A stretch of DNA of 64,000 bases. Source: Hormiphora californensis. Lineage: Eukaryota; Animalia; Ctenophora. The stretch spans positions 6,324,001-6,388,000 of the forward strand of contig CM035350.1 in assembly GCA_020137815.1 (NCBI GenBank), in the 5' to 3' direction. The stretch's first letter is position 1. Every line of letters starts with the position of its first letter. This document shows, one piece after another, positions 1 to 12,945 of the stretch. The notes beneath the pieces were generated by a model. That model was not told the origin of the DNA. It did no database searches and saw only the letters and a list, made by a program, of their open reading frames with translations. A program made the position numbers and the translations under genes.

Positions 1-732
1 GGACGACTCATGGATTTCTTCCGGCAGTGCCCTATATCTCCGCATCACTCAGAGACTTACTTTCAAAGCTTGCTTAATAGCCACAAGATAGTCGCGGTAC
101 AGCACCGGTACTCCTTCAAGATTTGGTACCTCTTGATGATTGTTGGGAGCATCTAGAACTACAACGGAGAAGGATTCTTGATCCCTACCGGCTCACAAAA
201 CACCCTAAGATGTCCAGTATCAAATGCTAACAACTCCAAGCCTAGACGGAGGAGGATATCTGTTGTCCTGCCAACGGTGTGGATGAAATCCTTCCAACTA
301 AGATCTATTCCTAATGTGGACACCTTTCAAATCTCGGTAAAGTAATTAAAGACTCATCTGTTCACTGTGGCATTCGGCGAGGTTCCCACGGTTCTGGTAT
401 AGGTACTTGGCGTGGGCAATTGGTGTCATCCCTTTTATTTCAATTTCGGCTTTCATTACCTAGTACCTTGTTTTCAAGCTGTGTGAGTATAGAGTGTGTT
501 AATTTATATCGACAGGTTTTAGAGACCCGATTTTCTCAGTTTACCATTAACATAGTCACCTTTAGTCTACTTTAAACGTTTTTTTCTACCAGTGTTGTTT
601 TGTGTGAAGCTTATATTTTATACCTAGGATATACCGCTCTGAGATTGACAGTTCAGTGTTAATTATATTACTCTGATACTGTTGAATATGGGCGGTATAT
701 AAGCTCCAGTTATTATTATTATTATTATTATT
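1..732 (+). mobile_element. 3' end of a degenerate L2/CR1-group LINE inside an intron
   Basis: Frameshifted ORF2 C-terminal remnants (FKACLIA..HKI at about 62-90; LKTHLFTVAF at 346-375), then a 3' UTR-like stretch ending GCGGTATATAAG...(TTA)n at about 709-732, the typical tail of this group. Confidence 0.7.
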
Positions 733-831
733 TTAATTGTTGAGCTTTTTTTCAAGTTTTGATAATATAGCATGTGGGCCAATAAAAAGGGAGGGCCAAT
801 GATATCTTCGATAATTTTGTATCTCCCACAG

Positions 832-2524
832 GATAAGCTTGGTAACTTGGAGGGTAGTATGCAGAACCTAGAAAAGAAGTTGCTCTACATACAAGGAGGA
901 ATGCTCTAATTTGAAACAGAAACTATCAGCTGCCAATACAGAGTCTAGCAATGCGTGAGTCCCAACATTCCCCTTGTAGTTTCCCGTCCCAAGATTTCAG
1001 CTTTTTTGTAACAGATTAGGACCCGAGTTTGATGTTGTGAATACACAGTCGTGTAGCATTGTTTTGGGGGTCAATCACTTAGTGATCTACCAGCCAATCA
1101 CTCAGTGATACCAGCACCGCTAGTGAGGGCCGTGAGTGACCTATAGTCGTGTATCATGACAACACATCCTCCCCCATCAGGCGGCGTGTGAGGGATGTTA
1201 TGGAGGAGAAGATGACAACATTAAATAATGACAGTCAGGGTCTATCTCATAAGTTGAGCGATCAACAGGACAGGATCAATAAACTTCAAGCCACTGTCAC
1301 AGATAACGAGATGGCCCGTATAAAGGCAGAAGGTATGTTTTCATTCGACACTTGACCTGACTCGTACCGACGTACCGTGATCTGAGGTTAGTGCTCGAAT
1401 GTATACTAGTCCAGGGGAATTTTTCAAGGTCCTTAGTATGAACCACCGTGCAGTGCGTAATGCGGCCGTTTTAAGAAAGCCGGAAGTCGTATTTTTCTTT
1501 TCCAAGCAATTTTGACCTTTACACACACATACAGCTATTATTATCCTGCTAATTATAAACATAGCTCAATTTCCCACTGTTTGCATTTCTCAGGGCAAGT
1601 GCGGTCTGCTAATCTGGCTCTGAATCAGAAGACCAGCGAATTGAGAACACTTTCCAACAAAGCAGAACTCATGTCTAACGACAACAAACAACTCCAATCC
1701 AACATGTCTGCTCTCACTGCCAAGGTAGGAGTCACCCACTCGAACTATTTTATCAGGATTTATTATTCGGAATATGTGAAACCTTGTGTTGCTCACACTG
1801 TGATTGTTCGGCAGAGCATGTAAAACCCTGTTGTTTGTTCAGGTGAATCAGTTGGAGAGAGAAAGGGAGGAGCTCAATAAGAGTGTCACTACACAGACAT
1901 TAGCTCTTTCCTGAACTATCTCTCTATATCTCTTTTTCTCTCTATTTTTCTAACAAACTCCCGTCAACCCCCCCCCCCCCTCCTAGGTGAATCAGTTGGA
2001 GAGAGAAAGGAGGGAGCTCAATGAGAGTGTGACTACTTTGCAGAATGAAAAGAAAATGAGTGGACAAAGCAAGAGCTCCCTTGAGAAACAGCTCATCTCT
2101 ACTCAGGTATATGTTTTTACTGCATTTCTCCTCCATTATATTTAACCAGTTTTTCTCTAACCCTGCTTTTAGCTTTGTATATGTGAAGAAACAGGGTTGA
2201 GCAAGGCCGGTTTTCCTCTAACCAGCTCCCCTCTAACAGGAAGCTCTAAAAGAGCGGGATGCTTCTTTGAGGAGCTTTGAGGACCGCCTGAACACGAGCG
2301 AGTTGGGTCACGAGAGGACGCGGCGAGAGCTGAAGAAGTTACAGGCCACAGTTGGAGATTCAGAGGAAGGTAGCAAGTCCAGGTAAACTCTTCCTGACTT
2401 CCACCAGATTTCATGTTTCAACTGGGGGCCGGCATATCGTAGCAGGGCCCCTGTATTTAAGTCATTGTCCCTTGTGCTTTCCGGTTACTGCAGAGAAAGA
2501 GATCCATTACCTACCCCGAATAAA

Positions 2525-2617
<93 letters not shown>

Positions 2618-3968
2618 AGAGAAAGAGAGAGAAAGAGAGGGGAAGAGAGAGAACCAAGATATAGGAGCAAGAGAGAGAATACACAGAGATGGGGCGCACA
2701 TTTGTTTCTCTATCCCTTTCCTAATAGCTTTACTTAATCCCCCAAATTATACTAGGAGCCCTACACAAGAGCCCCCCCCCCTTGTTCGCCCCAGCATTTC
2801 CGGCTGTAGCCACGTGATACCGCTCCCGCGGGGTAACTATGGTAACCCCTGCTCTCTCTCTTATAGGCTGGTTAGGCTCGAGGAGAGATACAAGATTGAA
2901 CTAGAGAGAGAGCACAGAAATATCCAGGAGAAGGATCGTGTTATTCAGACGGAACAAGAAAAGTCGGAGGCAATGCGGCGTAAAGTTAACGAACTTCAGG
3001 ACCAGGTAAAACTTTGGATAACAGAACCTGATTTTTAAAATAATATTTGAATGGTGTTGCACTTCAGTCAATTTTGTTGGTATCGGTCACAAAGTGAAAG
3101 CAGAAAGAGCTTGACGCGCGCGACAATTTAATGGCGCGGACTGAAAGTACACAGTTGTTACTTTTCTCTATTGCCCCAGTGAACCACTGCGGGTCTCTTC
3201 TGTTCCCTGAACGAAAGCCAACCCCCATATATTTCGACCTTACACCAGCCCCTCTATCTCACAGATTGCGACCCTAAACGTTACGATCCACCGTCAAGAG
3301 GCTACTAAGAAGTCCTACCAAGACAGGATAGATAACAAAACGGCAGAGAATAAGGATTTGAGGTCGATATTGAATGACACATATAACATGAACAGTTCTC
3401 TCGAGGAGACAGGAGGTCACCTTCCCGGAGCGTCCTCTACACGGATCTACTCCCAGAGAGAGCCAGTTTCCAGTCTCCAGACTTCAGGTCTACCGTTGGA
3501 AGTGGTCGGAGCCCCCAAGCCTTCTCTCCGGAGCGTGCCAGTGTCAGGTCATCACCCTGTTCATAGGAGACAGAGGTCGGTCTCCCCACCTCCCAGGTCA
3601 CGAGCCAGGGCACCAGGCGCCTCTCCTAGCTCCTGGAGACAGTCACCAATCAAGGACACCACGTACAGGTAATACCGTGTTGAGTAGGGCCTGGGACACA
3701 GAGCAAAGTCCCCGGCCAAATGTATTTACTGTAAATAACGGCACTTGTAAATAACGGGCCTGTAAATTTTACAGGGCCCATTTACAAGGGCCGTTATCTT
3801 GTTGTTACCCAACAATCCGTTATCAAGTTCCTCCTTTTTCTCAGAATGACAGACGATGTTCGAAAGGACCTCTCTAACATATCAGAACGAACAGAGAACC
3901 AATCCGGGCTAGAACCCGGACTAAAGTGCCTGAGATGCCGCTCTCCAATCGGCCTAACCTTAGCCTAG
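832..3968 (+). CDS. 3' part of a multi-exon coiled-coil protein; 5' end outside the window
   Basis: GT-AG exons at about 832-955, 1181-1332, 1594-1723, 1987-2105, 2240-2382, 2867-3005, 3265-3669 and 3845-3968 join into heptad-rich sequence followed by a Ser/Pro-rich tail. One apparent frameshift near 880-890. Confidence 0.7.
2527..2650. repeat. (AG)n microsatellite
   Basis: Direct reading. Similar arrays at about 7820-7950, 8586-8680, 12830-12942, 37420-37500 and 47680-47800. Confidence 0.95.
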
Positions 3969-4369
3969 ACTGTAATATTGGGTTGTGTAGAGTTTATTTT
4001 GCAATACCATGTACATAATTTATTTACCGTTTATGCACCATGCCATTATTTAACCAATGGGTATTATTTAAAAGAGATTGAAAACAACAGATCTCACAGT
4101 TTGGTGGAATACCATTAAAAACATGTTACAAACAGAGGGGGGGGGGGGTTAAAATTAACAAATTTTAGTTCTTTCACTCTCTTTCTCAGTCACTCACTGC
4201 AAAAGTGAAACTTGCACATTCACTATATATCTTAACAAACAAATGCATACACACACTCATATCTCATAGTGTCAATTGACATGCAGCAGCTCAAAACAAC
4301 GTGTCAGCTCTGTTGGAGAGACAAACAATCTCGATCTTGAAACCGTGAGGGGGCGGTGATCCCTGTGTC

Positions 4370-7300
4370 TCACGTCATAAAGGAGTCCATTTCTTTACTG
4401 AATTCATCGAACATACTCTCAAGGTCGTCAAAAACAGATGTATTCTTCTTGGCCCTGAGGGGGGGGGGAGGAGGTGATTAATTGAAACTGTCTGCACTGC
4501 GGGGTATGAAGCAAAACGATCAAATCAAGTGAGGCACTGTTAAGAATGGCCGACAAAATTAAGAGACTAATGAGATATGCTATACTTACTCAGGGCTGGG
4601 GGTAGACGTATCTTTCACAGAAAATTCCACAGGAGGTTCCAGGACAACAGGTTCACTGTTCTTTACAGGTTCACATCCCACAGGTTCTACGGCAGGTTCA
4701 CACGCCACAGGTTTCTCAACAACAGGTTCACACGCCATAGGTTTCTCAACAATAGGTTCACACGCCACAGGTTCCACAGCAGGAGGTAGTTCAGTTGGCT
4801 TGGTAACCACAGGTTTCACAAGATCATTGGTCACCTTCTCCTTTAGAGGCTCCTTTCCCGGGGCAGTCTGCATCCTGAACAGTGGAACAGTTGTTAGTTA
4901 AGTGAGGAACAGTCGTTAGAAGTGTGGAACAGTAGTTAGAAGTGTGGAACAGTAGTTAGAAGTGTGGAACAGTGGTGACTGTTGGGGTTCAGTGTGGTAC
5001 AATACGAGAGGAACACGGGGCAACCGACATGAAACAGGATGGTATGGTACGGGGGGGGGGACTCTGATAAGAGGTAGATACAGTTTCACATAGATAGACA
5101 ATGACAAAACTAGACACGCCCCCTAAGCTAGACATGAGACACACCCCCGTCCCTCCCCTTCCAAGCTAGACACGCCCCCTGCCCCTCGTCCAAGCTAGAC
5201 ATGAGACACACCCCCTGCCCAAGCTAGACAGGAATTAAAATTAAACAAGAATTAAACAGACACGCCCCCATACTAACATGTTAGTGGTGTCCATGTTTTC
5301 CAATCCAGGGCTGCTGACCAGGGACGGCTTCCTCAGACCCTTGGGTTTGGGTGCTACTGGCGGGGGAATCTTCTTCTGCAAAGAGGAGGGGATGTTAGTG
5401 GTAGTTGGAGGTGCGTGTAATAAATATAAATCTCGGTGCTGCATAGCAAATCAAACACACACAAATAGTAGCTGAATCAAATATATCATGGCTGTCAGGT
5501 TGATAGTATAACCCTGGCAACTCTCTAGTTTGTACCATATCCTTCTTCCATTCTCTTTATATAGAGATGAAGAAGGGTGCGGTCCAAACTATAGAAGCGT
5601 AGTATCTGTTGGGATGATACCTTGGGTGGTGTAGCAGGTATATCTTGGGAATCGTCAGCATACACCGATTTTACAACAGCAGCTACCTCGGGGCTCATGC
5701 TATCCCAATTAATATTCTGAACACGAGAAAATGGGAAATCAAACATAGCAAGTAGCAAACCCCCAAATCTGTGAGCCAGTGATTATGATGTGTGATGTAT
5801 GGTAGAAGCAGGGGTGACCTAGAATAAGTACAGTAGTCTGTAGAGTAGATATAGATAGATCAACAGCTAAATAAGAACGCTTTTCTCAGCTAAAATAGTA
5901 GACAGCGTGAGAAAGTACTGATAACAAAAAGCCGAATTGAGACTATGGAACTAGGACTGAACTCCCACCATTCGGTATAAATAGGCGGCCTACTGACTTC
6001 TTAATTGGTCTATTCAATTGGCCGAATAATCCAATCAGAGAGACCACGTTAGGAGGAGATCGAGTGCTTGTCAAATGGATCTACTGAAAACGTATTACTG
6101 TGACAGGAATGTAATTAAAGTAGCCGGTTAATAGGGGGAGGGTCAGATTGCACAGTAACAATGCAATTATGTGTAATTAGAACTGTCACGGTGTCCAATA
6201 CGCCCAAGTGCAATTATCAGAGCAAACACATCTGTCATATTATATGAGCGAGATTCTCTCTCTCACTGAGAGGCCGCTTGAAATATACCACCAGAGAATA
6301 GAAAATATACCGTGCTGCAAGTCTATTAAACAGAGTTCTAGAGGTCGGAGAATGCAATGCGAAAGAGGGAGTGAAGACACGGACTCACTACTTTTTTCAA
6401 CGTGCAGCGGCTGCAGTTTAGCAAATGTACGCAAGGGGGAGGGGCTGGTATTACTGGAACAGTGAAAATATATATTCACGAGACAATGAGGAAGCAAGGA
6501 ATAACACATCACATAATAGCGCATGGGGGGTAGCAATTGGGGGGTGAAGAGGGACAGCGAATCGGTGGGTTTGGTATGCATCACGTTTTCTGTCACGTGA
6601 CGGGCCATGTCTAGTCACTTCCTACAGTAAGGAGCCATGTGTGTACTACCCAGTTGGGTTTTACACGCAGCTTGGAGGGAGGGAGCTGGCAAATTGCCAT
6701 ATTGTACACTGATGATATCAGGACAGTAACACAGGACAAATTGAGGAATCAGCAGCAAAGGAATGTTGAACTGAAGCAGCATGGACACAATCTGAGAGTG
6801 ACACAAGGTCGGGAGTATTGAGGGTGTGTAGGAAGGGAATAGTGAGTGTGTGTAGAGAGAGGAAGAGTGAGAGAGAGCATGCTTTTGCTCGCATGCAAAT
6901 CACTGCTAGCATCAAACCCAGACCTCCCGACCGCAGTCCCCCTGGCCCCTCTCACTCTCCCTGGCCCCCTCTTAGTCCCCCCCCCCCCCCCCCCCCGGAA
7001 CACCCCACATCATGCACAAATCTTCTTACCTTCATTGCATCGGAAGCGCTCATCCTCTTCTCAAGTTTAGCAAGGAATATCTTCTTGTGCTGTAATAGAT
7101 CTGGATCCAACTGGCAGGAACCTAGCAATGAGAGGGGAGATTAAATAGTGTAATTAGTTATGATTAGTGCACATAATAAGCAGTCTTCTGGGAAGGAGGG
7201 AGAGAGAGGACAGACACACAAAACGAGACAGAATTGTAAAAGAAAACAACGCTTGTATCCGGGTGCAACTGCAGAGAGGGGGTTGGAGAGGGTGTAGCTG

Positions 7301-7844
7301 CAGAGAGGGGGGTCGGAGAGGGTGTAGCTGCAGAGAGGGGGAGGGGGCTTCGGAGAGTGGGAGGCCAGGGGGTCTGAGAGGTGCGTAAACTGTAAACAAA
7401 ACAATACAAAGCCAGGAGGAGGTCGTGACGTTAAGGTATATCGTCTACAATCGGACTAAGGACGTCGTTACACCGTTATACAAGAAGATCAGGGCGATAA
7501 CATGACATGCTACCCTCCTCAGAGAGATGAGAGACCCGGCCGCGGAATGATAAAAGCTGTGCACACTGCGGCAGAAACAGGGATATATGACTTGGAGGAA
7601 TCCCCCCTCGAGAGGGAGAGAGAGAGACACACATTTTGTTCCTAATATGAGCTATTCTAGAGAACAAAGGGAAAAAGCTTGGACACTAAGCGCTGCTTAA
7701 TTGAGGTTTTGTTGCACACATGTGTGCTGACTCAGATGTTGCACACAGAACCAGCAATCTGTCAAATAATAGTACGGGAGAGAGGATTAGGAGGGAGGAT
7801 TGTCAATATTGAGAAAAGCGGGAGAGAGACGAGAGAGGAGACAG

Positions 7845-7906
<62 letters not shown>

Positions 7907-8590
7907 GAGAGAGACGAGAGAGAGAGAGATCAGAGAGAAGAGAGAGGAGAGAGGGGGGGGGTCAACAACAAGCAAGACATGAGCAGCAAGAGGGCACCTT
8001 GTACACAATACACACTGTGCGGTCCCATAAATATACTGTAGACTTGGCTTGAAGAGAGAGTGAGGGGGGGAGAACTAGTAGCTAATCAAATTTGAACCGA
8101 CTTCCAGGTCCCTGGCAGGGCCAAGATGTTTCGGAGCTAGAGAGAGAGCGAGAGAGCGGCTATATTTGAATGCGTCATCTGAAGCACTCTGGAGCTCAAC
8201 CCTGTGTGTGAAGTACGTGTGGCCAGGAAACAACAAATGCAGTTGCTTGGCTCGTGCTGCAGAACAACTCATTAAACCCACTCCAAAATTAGACACTGCA
8301 CACTTTTCAATCAACTAGCTCCCTCACTTCAATCAGCTATCTCATCTCTAGAACACCTGGAGTAACACACACACTCTACACACACATCATCTCTCAACAA
8401 ACACACAAAGCTCTCACACGCTATGAGGGACGGCACCGAATAACGGGCCAGTAATGTGAACACATATATTAACTCCCTCTTAGAAATATATTCAGAGTTA
8501 GTAGAATTCCGAAAAATTAGAAGTGATTCTCCACCCCTTCCGAGGGATGGGAAGAAGACTGAAGAACTTTCTTAGAGAATGAGTGAGAGA

Positions 8591-8668
<78 letters not shown>

Positions 8669-11600
8669 TAGAGAGGGGGATAGAGAGATGGATTGGTAGT
8701 TTATCGGCCACAGTCCACAAATGTAGAACACACAATTGCAGACCGGCTACAACATACAACAAGCATCAACACTCTCAACAGAAACAATATTGCAAGCTTG
8801 CCTGATATGTCCATCAGAGACTGTTAGAAATAATGGAGATGAGTTCAGATATGATAATATGAAAAGTGGCACAGTGAATCATGGCATGATAACACGCATA
8901 GCGCGCATTACTAAATATGATGTGTGATCACTGATCACACACTGACTAAATACGGCATAAATATGAAGACTGAAGTGTGAAGTTGTAATTAACAGCAAGA
9001 TAGAAACTGAAGTGAGTGTTTAATTAATCAGAGAAACGCTGCAGCAGCTGTGCGGCGCCTTTACCAATAGTGCACAGTTGGTTTGACACAGAACTGTGCA
9101 CTGTCCAGCCCACCCCCTGCATACTACAGTAGTAAGCAGGGGGTGGGTTGCACATTGCACAGTTCTGTGGCGCCCCAATATCGAGGCACTACTGGATAAC
9201 CAACAAAGCCATGGCTACTACTACTACTACTACTACTACTGTAGTCTGATAATGGGTGTGTCTGGTGAAAGCAGGGGGAGGCGGCAGTGGATCATTATAC
9301 CATACAGGGTAAACTAACGCTTTCAAAGTTTTATCATGCATCAGTCAGCTCATACTGAAAACCAGAGAGCCCGTTCTATAGATATTATAGTGTGGTTATT
9401 ATAGTAGCAGTTGTGTAATGTAACGAGTCTTTAGACCACAATTGTATATAGACGCGATACTCTTGGACCAATTATTATTATCAGTGAGAACAAATAAAGG
9501 GAGAACCATAACGGAGAGACAGGACCAACTTACTGCATATGTCTCCATCGCGTGAAGTAGAAGAGGTAGAGGAGCCGCTGGTAGATCCAGCTTTACGCGG
9601 AGGTTTCTTTCTCATCAACACCGGGGATACACTCTCCCTGAGGGCAGCCGTGTATTAGCAGGAGATCTAGAGCATAGCGTGCGAGGAGATAGAGAGATGA
9701 GAATAGAGAGGTAGAGACGAAGAGAGAGATGTAGAGAGAGGGTATAGGGAGGTACTCGCTCCTCTCTTATCTTCTCCTCCTTTTTCTTCTCTTCTCTATC
9801 TCTCCCCTCTCTTCCCCTCCGCCGGGGCTCTCGCCCCTCTCTCGTCTCTCTCTTCTCTCTCGGTTCTGATGCGCCTTGGGCCCTTATCATGGAAATGATC
9901 ATAGTACCAGGTGGGAAGGGTGAAGCAGTCACCCCTTCACTACCAGCCGTGCGAAGAGGGGATGGCATCACCAACAGGTGGAGAGGTGCCAATAATAAAA
10001 CTTACGTGTTTTGTACGATGTCACTCTCATAGTAAGCCTTTGGGGAGGGAGGTGACTTGTTTCCTGCTGTCTCTCTCAACAGATCTACCTCATCTTCCTT
10101 CTCTCTCCTGCTGGACCCCGCTTTCTGATCCTTCACGACGGGGGAGGATGAGACTTATGGGGAGACACTGACCCAGGGATGCTTCCTCCATCATATGATC
10201 CTTATCCTCCAGACTGGAATCCATGTCAGTTAGTTTGGGTGGCGGGCTGGTGAGGTCTAGGTGTTCGGAACTGCCCCTCTTGATGAGGTGTTCACTGTGC
10301 AGGTTCTCCTCACTAGCCCACTCCCCGGGAGAGAGGGGTGGTGACTGGGGCAGGAGGGAGGTGGCTGAGAGAAGAGGTGATCAGGGGGATCTTCATCGCC
10401 ATCTAGTTCATCCCCTGATTGTTCCTCTGGAACCCGCTCCAGGTTAGATGTCAACTCTCTGAAAAGGGGGATGAGGTAGAATACACATCCAAATACTTTT
10501 GCGATACTAACACCTATCATTTTATGCCTACACTTGTCTGCAACTGTAGGGGTAACAACGTCAACAACCAAATACACCTCATATCGCCAACTATGAACTA
10601 ACCATGATACATTCCCCTCCTTACCTTCTCTATTCCTATCCCTGCTACTCCGTCGAATGGATTGGTCAAATCCCCTCAACTCCCCGGTGGGATTAGTAAA
10701 AAAGGTCCTGCCTCCCAGAGCCTAAAAAGTGGACCCCTTCCTCTGTCGGGGGTCGACACACCCCTTTTGAGTTCTTGAGAGAGACCGGCTGGGTTTCCGG
10801 GGTTGTTTTACACTAGGGGGGGATTTTAATGAAGGGGGGGTGAGAGGGGGTGAGGGGGAATGTTTCAGAAATTTATTCCCCCCCCACCACACTGAGAATT
10901 GTGAGAGGGTCGAGAAAGTCCCCCATATAATTAATAACCCTTAAACAATGGGTCAAAAACCCCCCCCTAAATACCCCCTTAAAAAAAAAATTGGGAAAAC
11001 CCCCACTTTTTGAATCCCATCCGCTCCACTTTTCCCCCTCCCCCCCACATACCTAACACCTGAACCCACCAAAATAAGCGGGAACCACCACCCCCATTCC
11101 AGACCCCCCATGGACAGAATTAATTTTATTTTTTGCACCCCAAAAACCTTAAACAAAACCCCTTCCCCACCCCCACCACCCCTTCCCCTTTTTAAAACCG
11201 GGGGGGTCTTCCTTTTCTCCGTAAAAGGGTTATTTGGGGCTCAAAAATTAAAACCCTAAAAGGGGGGGATTTCCCCTAACACTACTCCGGGCCCCCCCCC
11301 AAAAATTCATCCTTTAAACCCCTCCCCCCCCCCCCCCTCAAAAAAGGGGGTGTTAGCCGGGGGAAGAAAAGTTTGTTTAGGGGCTCAGAAATTTGGGAAA
11401 CCGTGTCAAAAGGGGGAGTTTTTAAATACGAAACACAGCGGAGGTCTCTCTTCCGGTGGGTGTTCCGAGTTGAGGCTAGGCAAAATTTCCCAGATTGTGT
11501 ACCTCGTTCTGATACTCTGGACACCCGCACTGAAAAAGTTTCTTGATCACATCAACACAACCCACTAGGGACATCAGGGTGAAAACCCCGGGGCCAAACA

Positions 11601-12324
11601 CCAAAAATTCATTTGATCACATTATTTTGGTTCATGTCGTTACTTACTGTATGGTGCGGGTTTGCAGTGAGCACTGAGCAGCTCCAACTTGAACCATGGG
11701 ATATAACCGGCTCGCTGACACTGAAAATAAGGGAGATGTCATGCCCAGTCATGATCATGTGATCATATGATATATACGCCCCCTTCGAGGGTACGCCTTC
11801 AAACATCTCTATTCCTTTGCGCCGACCCTATCCTTCCCGCCGCCCCCCGTCGGTACTTTAATGCGTGCCTCCCGGTCTTTTCTTGGTGATTATGGGACCA
11901 GCTCCCCCCCATTTGTTGAGGGGTTTTGGGCCCCTCCTTAAATTTGACCCTCGCCCTTTCTGGGTTTTTTTAAGGGGGGGGGTCGTTTTTCAGGGGAAAA
12001 CTCCTTAATACGTATATAGGGGGGGGGGTCGAAATACAATCCCGCCTTCCAATCTACTTCACACACACAGGTAGTTGATTAATAATACACACACACACAC
12101 TCACGTGACACGATGGCAGCGAGTTTGTCTGCAGAGTGGGCGGCACTCAGTTTCTGGGCCACATCCATGGGAGTCTGGCCGTGTACGTTCCGAATGGTGG
12201 TATCAGCACCATGCTCACACAGAAGGGTCGTTACCTCCAATCTACCATGGAGAACTGCCTCGTGCAGGGCGGTACCACTAGTGCTCTCTCTGTTCACATT
12301 ATACCCCTGTTTTATCAACATCCT
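4370..12324 (-). CDS. Caskin-like ankyrin/SH3 adaptor; N-terminal exons not resolvable
   Basis: Exon about 12104-12324 reads GYNVNRESTSGTALHEAVLHGRLEVTTLLCEHGADTTIRNVHGQTPMD, resembling the last Caskin ankyrin repeats. SH3-end motif RAGYIPWFKLE at about 11680-11720. Last exon 4370-4455 reads TSVFDDLESMFDEFSKEMDSF, resembling the Caskin tail. Pro-rich middle exons. Confidence 0.7.
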
Positions 12325-12860
12325 GATAGGATGAGCAGGGGTTAGGGATGAGCAGGGGTTAGGGTTTTTTTTTTGTTTTTATGAGTCACTTAGCCACACA
12401 CTGAGCAAACCGCATACCGCCCGGGTATGGGTTACTATGGCGCTAAGGGGTTAGGATTAATCATGAATAATAAACGTTGGATTGTTCATCGGAGCGTGGA
12501 CACAGTGTCATGCGACTCAAAATAAACGGGAGATCTGCAGTATCTAGCTCATTGTTAGATCTTTGTTAGAGATGAATGACTCGCTGAAGAGCTGTGATTA
12601 TATATCTCCGGGGGAGAGTAGTAGTGAAGTGAACAAAAACAGAGTCATAGTAAGGGTGATGTTTGTTTATGTGAGAGGGAGGATATTTTAATATGGGGGT
12701 TATTAGGTTAATAATATGCGGGGAGCAATGGAATGATAGAATATTGGGACGGAAGGAGAAAGATTAATTGGACTGTAAGTTTTTTGTAACCAATGACCGG
12801 ACAAGAAAGTTCTTTCCATCCCTATCTCTTTTTCTCTCTCTCTCTCTCACTCTCTCCTTC

Positions 12861-12945
<85 letters not shown>

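Noticed and set aside
7265-7345. Triplicated CTCTCTGCAG acceptor echo in the Caskin-like gene
   Set aside because: The repeat is real, but I could not establish a downstream exon, so it is not counted as a junction echo.
10690-12060. Homopolymer-rich block as a special element
   Set aside because: It looks like low-quality consensus, and degraded SH3 coding fragments are visible within it.
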